A stretch of 58,905 nt of DNA from a virus (taxonomy: Duplodnaviria; Heunggongvirae; Uroviricota; Caudoviricetes), in IMG/VR virus record IMGVR_UViG_3300001528_000136, positions 1 through 58,905 of that record; one strand, 5' to 3'. The position numbers were made by a program, and so were the translations under genes. Below the pieces are notes generated by a model that saw nothing but the letters and a program-made list of their open reading frames with translations, did no database searches and was not told the origin of the DNA. Positions 53,977 through 58,905 of this stretch are shown here, piece after piece (position 1 is the stretch's first letter; every line of letters begins with the position of its first letter).

Positions 53977-55305
53977 AAAACTTTGACCATTAACATAGTG
54001 ATATGTTAATAAACATTTCTTAAATTGCTGGAAAGCTACGGTGGCTACTACTAGGCTAATCAGCAGCTAAGATTTATCTGTAAGATTATTTATAATAGAC
54101 GGATAAGTAAAGTTCAACGACTATCCCAAGTGGGAGTAGATTAATTTTTATTAATTGAAAAAGGAAATAACTTTTATGAAATATATAGTTTATCAAACTA
54201 CAAATTTAGTAAATAATAAGATTTATATAGGCGTACATAAAACTGCATTTCCAGATAAATTTGATAATTATTTGGGTTGTGGTTGCTATATTAATAAACC
54301 CTCTACATATATGTATCCAAAAACTGCTTTCCAATATGCTTTAAAATTGTATGGAACAAAGAATTTTAAGAGAATTACTTTATATGAATACAACACAGCC
54401 AAAGAAGCATATTTTAAAGAGAGCCAAATTGTTGATTATACTTTTATCCAACAAGATACTAATTATAATATGGTTGTTGGAGGCAAAGGAGGAAATGAAA
54501 TTATAGCTTAGGAAATCTATCAATTTGATAAATAGGGAAATTTAATAGCAACTTGGGAATGTGCAATAGAATTAGCAGAAGCTTATGGAACTAATACAAG
54601 TTCTGTATATACAGCCATTTAGTTTAAAGAATCTTTTAAAAGTACTTTTTTAAGTTTTCAAAAAACTATTAATATAAATGAATTTTCTAAAGGAAACCAA
54701 CCTATTATAGTATATGTTTATAATAGGGATGGTAAACTAATTAGAACTTTTAATTCAGAAACAGAAGCATCTAAAGAATTGAATATTAAAAGAACTGATA
54801 TAGCTAATGGTTTAAAATATCAATAGTTAATCTAGGAAAATTATTATTTTTCTAAAACATTATATGATGTTTTTGTCAAAAATCCTAGAAAAAGTCTTAG
54901 AGGTTGTAAATTTTATTTATATAACTAGTTAGGAATTTTAGAATAGGAGTTTAATTCTGCTAAAGAATTGCAAAGATTTTTTAACTTAAAATCCTGGGCA
55001 GTATTAAGTAAAAAAATAAATTATGAAGATGGTTATTATAAACAATATAGAATATTAACTAACAAAGTTGATTCTATAAAACCATTTTCTAAAAAGTCTT
55101 AGAATAAACCTGTTTTAGTATATACTGATTAGGGAAAATTTGTAGGGGAGTATGAAAGTGAAAGAAAAGCAGCTAAAGAACTTAATTGCAATATGGCGCA
55201 AATAAATAGAGTTCTAAGGGGGGTTGCTCATACTCATAGAGGATATATATTTAAATGGAAAGTTAATGATATAGTCTGACAATATAGAAATATATTGAGT
55301 AATTG
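53977..55305 (+). mobile_element. group I intron 2 with homing endonuclease
   Basis: P1 GGTT/GACC; core AATTGCTGGAAA..AATCAGCAG..GTTCAACGACTA..GATATAGTCT; ends TTG; the join reads TTV|RVQD. Confidence 0.88.
54176..55279 (+). CDS. GIY-YIG homing endonuclease with NUMOD1-like repeats (367 aa, TAG=Gln)
   Basis: IVYQTTNLVNNKIYIGVH, YNMVVGG and repeated Y..DGKL..F.S..EA units. Confidence 0.85.
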
Positions 55306-55541
55306 AGAGTACAAGACACATATTCAGCTAAATACGCATTAATGGAAGATACTTTTATCAAGATTGGTAAAGGTGAGAATCAAGGTTGTCTTACTGAGAA
55401 GATTTATAAGCTTGACCCAATGAAGAAGAATCTTATTGAGAACTTCTTGTATGCTCGTGAGAACATGATTCTCCTTGCTAAGGGTACAGTTGGTAAAGAT
55501 GGTAAGACTACATTGGCTGATAAAGCTACAGGAAGACCTAT
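55306..55541 (+). CDS. putative major capsid protein, exon 3
   Basis: RVQDTYSAKYAL...DKATGRP(I). Confidence 0.8.
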
Positions 55542-56884
55542 AGACATAAATGTAGGGGTGAATTGGTGACATTCACAAAAATAATTCTTTTGAATTGCTG
55601 GAAATCTTTTGCTACTAAAGATAATCAGCAGCTAAGCTTAATTTACTGACTTATAAGCATGAAATTAAGAAAGTTCAGAGACTATTCCGAAAGGAAGTAC
55701 ATCTGATTAGATGGAAGTGGAAGATAACTTATAAATGATAAGTATAAAAAATTTAAATTTATGAAATATATAGTATATTTAACTACAAATTTAATAAATA
55801 AAAAGATTTATGTAGGGGTGCACGAAACAGAAACTCCTAATGTATTCGATGGATATTTAGGTGATGGGGTAAGTATTTAGAAACCATCTTCTTATAAAAT
55901 CAGATTAACTCCATTGCAGTGTGCAATAGATAAATATGGTCCAAAGAATTTTTTAAGAAAGACTTTGAGGGTTTTTGAGAAACTTTAGGATGCTTTGAAT
56001 TTAGAATCATGGATAGTTAATCATGAATTTATTGAAAGAACAGATACTTATAATATCACTTTAGGTGGGGGAATGCCTCCGAGATTGAATAAACATATAT
56101 ATTAGTATACTTTAAAAGGAATTTTTATAAAAGAATGGGAATCAATAAAGTCTATTACAGACTATTTTTCTGTTAATAAAGATAGAGTTAGAATGGTTAT
56201 TAATGATAAACGTTCTTTTGAAAATTCATATTGGTCAGAGGAAAAATATGAGAAGTTAGATACTTTATAGTATAGACCAAGTTCTAGAGGATATGTTAGA
56301 TAGTATACAACTGATGGAATTTTTTTAAAAAGTTTTAAGAGTATTACTTAGGCATCTAAAGAACTTGATATAGATAGAAGTAAAATTTCTAATGCTATAT
56401 ATGGTAAATATGCTACTTCTGGATTTTGGTTCTTAAAAGAAGATGAGGCTATAGAATCTTATTTAGACGGTTCTATAAAACAAAAAAAGTCTATATATGT
56501 TTATTATAAATCTGGGGAGTTATTTAAGAAATTTGAAGATTTCACTGCTCTTAAAAAAGAATTAAAATATAATAAAGGAGATATTAAAAGGGCTATTAAA
56601 AATAATTCCCTATTTAAAGACCATTATTGGTCACATTCATTATTTACTAATGTTGTTATAGAAAATCCAGATATTAAAGAATACACTCCAAGAAAAGTAT
56701 ATCAATATACTTTAGATGGAGATTTCGTAAAAGAATGGGATTCCATAAATGAATGTAAAAAACAATATCCCTCAGTATTATAGGTATGTCTTGGTAAAAG
56801 ACAACATTGTCATAAATTTAAATTTTCGTTTGATAAGTTAAAGATATAGTCCGATACCATTAGTAATAATGGATAACTAATATG
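55542..56884 (+). mobile_element. group I intron 3 with homing endonuclease
   Basis: P1 CCTAT/GTAGG; P10 ATAAAT/ATTTAT; core TTGCTGGAAA, AATCAGCAG, GAGACTA and AAGATATAGTCC; the join reads RPI|FIGDG. Confidence 0.88.
55761..56876 (+). CDS. GIY-YIG homing endonuclease with NUMOD1-like repeats (371 aa, TAG=Gln)
   Basis: IVYLTTNLINKKIYVGVH, YNITLGG and YQYTLDG.FVKEW repeats. Confidence 0.85.
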
Positions 56885-57343
56885 ATTTATTGGCGATGGT
56901 GCAATTCCTCAGATTGAGAGATTTGCAAGTAAATATTCTGCAAACAGAATTACTGTAAATACATTCCACACTGTTATTAATACCCTTGTAGAAAAGGCAG
57001 ACAAGCCTACGGGTAATACATTCTCGTTTATCTGTAATGAAAAGGGTTGGGCAATTGTTCAGAGAGTGCTTGGTGACTATTTGGCTAATAGACGTACAGA
57101 TGGTGCTTATCTCTGGTCAAGTGCAGGTCCTGGAAAGTATTTGAAAGTAGGTAATACATTTGATGCTTATGAGTGGGGTGGAAATACAATCGTATTTAAG
57201 GTTGATAGAACCTTATCTCGTGAGTATCCAGACCCATACTTCTTATGTATTGACCTCACAACTGGTAAGACTTCAACACAACCTCCTATTCAAATGTTCT
57301 CATTGAAAGGGAAGGATTACATTTTCAATGAAGTTCTTGGCGT
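56885..57343 (+). CDS. putative major capsid protein, exon 4
   Basis: FIGDGAIPQIERFASKY...KVGNTFDAYEWGGN...NEVLG(V). Confidence 0.8.
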
Positions 57344-58651
57344 AGTGTTAGTCTGCGCAGCCTAGTGGTGACACTAGGGCAATAATCTTTTTAAGTGCTG
57401 GAAGGTAAAGTACTAATCAGCAGCCAAGGTATTGGTAAAAGCAAGGCTTATGCAAGCTCAATACAAGGTTCAACGACTAGCTCGGATGAGCGTACTTATT
57501 AAAGACATAATAAGGAAATGGAAGATAACTTAATTAACTAAAAGTATAAAATAATTATGGAATATATTATATATTTAACTAAAAATATAGTAAACAATAA
57601 AATTTATGTTGGAGTACATAAGACAGAAGATTCTAATGTTTTCGACGGCTATTATGGAAATGGTTTATCTCTTAGAGACTAGTCCAAATTAAAGCATCCG
57701 AAAGAACCTTTTCACTATGCTGTAAAGAAATATGGTTTTAAGAATTTTAAACGTAGTACGATTAAATCTTTTAACAACTTGGATGAAGCTTTAAAACTAG
57801 AAGGACTTATAGTTGATGAAAAATTTATCAAACGTAGGGATACTTACAATATTACATTAGGCGGAGGAATACCTCCAATTAAATGTGTTAAAGTTTATCA
57901 ATTTGATTTGCAAGGAAATTTGATAAATGAGTATGAGTCTATTTTGTGTGCTTCTAAAGTTCTTGGAATCGACGATTCCGCCATAGGTTATGCTATTAAA
58001 AATAAAACTACAAGTGGAGAATATTTATGGGCGACTACAGATTCTATAAATATAAATGAATATGTAACTACTTTATAGAGAAAAGAAGTATATTTGTATA
58101 CACTAGAGGGAGAATTTGCATACAAATTTAAATCCCTTTCTGAGTGTAGTAAATTTTTACAAATTGATTTAGGTCCTGTTTAGAGAGCCTACTATCAAGG
58201 ATGGAAAGTGGGTAATTATTATATATGTGATAAGAAGTTAGAATATTATAAACCAGAAAGGGTAGAACTAATTGGAGATTATCATTAGTATAATTTAGAC
58301 GGTACTTATATCTAGTCATTTACATCTAGAAAATAGTTAATGACTTATTTTGGATGTAGTATGGATGGAATTAATCAATCAATTAGAATGGGAAAGCCCT
58401 ATAAAGAGTTTCTATGGTGCAGAGGAGAAAAATAGGATTCAGTTAAACCTTATAAGTTAAAGAAAAAAACTTGTAAAGTTGGACAATATACACTATAGGG
58501 GGAATTAGTTAAAATATATAATACAGTAAGAGAAGCTAGAAAAGATTTTTCTAATGTAAATAAAGTCCTAAAAGGAACGGCTTCACAATGTAAAGGATAT
58601 ACTTTTAAATATATAAGTTAAAGATATAGTCTAAAATCGTTTCATATTTTG
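57344..58651 (+). mobile_element. group I intron 4 with homing endonuclease
   Basis: P1 GCGT/GCGC; P10 GTCT/AGGC; core GTGCTGGAA, AATCAGCAG, GTTCAACGACTA and AAGATATAGTCT; the join reads LGV|GGRSG. Confidence 0.85.
57557..58621 (+). CDS. GIY-YIG homing endonuclease with NUMOD1-like repeats (354 aa, TAG=Gln)
   Basis: IIYLTKNIVNNKIYVGVH, YNITLGG and YQFDLQGNLI.EY.S. Confidence 0.85.
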
Positions 58652-58787
58652 AGGCGGACGCTCAGGTGGTGAAAGTGGTGTTGTAAGCTCACCAGTAGCT
58701 GGTGGTCTAATGACCATCTGGGGATATGCAGGAATAGCTGTATTTAATCCTTATAAATCATTTATTCTTAAAGCTAAGGAATATTGA
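58652..58787 (+). CDS. putative major capsid protein, exon 5
   Basis: GGRSGGESGVVSSPVAGGLMTIWGYAGIAVFNPYKSFILKAKEY*. Confidence 0.8.
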
Positions 58788-58811
58788 TTTATTTAAATAA
58801 TTAGATTAGTA

Positions 58812-58852
58812 TTAAATAGAGAGCTTAGTTAATTACTAGGCTTTCTATTTAA
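58812..58852 (+). terminator. hairpin after the capsid gene
   Basis: TTAAATAGAGAGCTTAG...CTAGGCTTTCTATTTAA inverted repeat. Confidence 0.5.
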
Positions 58853-58905
58853 ATATAATAGTAAATGAATTATGGTTAAAAATGTTAATAAGATTAAGGA
58901 TGGCG

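Noticed and set aside
13278-58319. Minus-strand track ORFs at 13278, 13439, 15284, 16076, 17750, 30319, 35849, 46725, 47001, 48017, 48081, 52002, 55339 and 58128
   Set aside because: They are antisense to long plus-strand genes that carry recognisable motifs.

Overview
An AT-rich 58.9-kb segment of a Bacteroidota phage genome, most likely crAss-like (Crassvirales-like), which uses TAG as a glutamine codon (translation table 15). The supplied ORF track is fragmented because it treats TAG as a stop. Read with TAG=Gln, the + strand from 13614 to 58787 is a near-continuous morphogenesis region. Layout: (1) 1-8142, minus strand: two tRNAs and about 18 small, probably early genes, including a tandem array of three paralogs with near-identical 5' ends and a recurrent H-type pseudoknot motif upstream of several genes. 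(2) A strand switch at about 8150-8550, then an amber suppressor tRNA (anticodon CTA, 9028-9099). (3) A hidden minus-strand recoded cassette (9391-11377) with a holin-like gene and a peptidase M15-like gene. (4) TAG-free PD-(D/E)XK nuclease, Cys-rich and GroES-like genes. (5) Terminase large subunit, portal and tail/fibre genes. (6) A complete diversity-generating retroelement (avd-TR-RT) with two target genes. Its RT needs amber read-through, and its TR carries an in-frame TAA. (7) A 2117-aa CotH-kinase-like/LRR protein, more fibre genes, an M15 endolysin, a collar-domain protein and a scaffold-like protein. (8) A putative major capsid gene (473 aa after splicing) split by four group I introns, three of which carry GIY-YIG homing endonucleases. 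All family assignments come from reading motifs by eye; no database searches were run.
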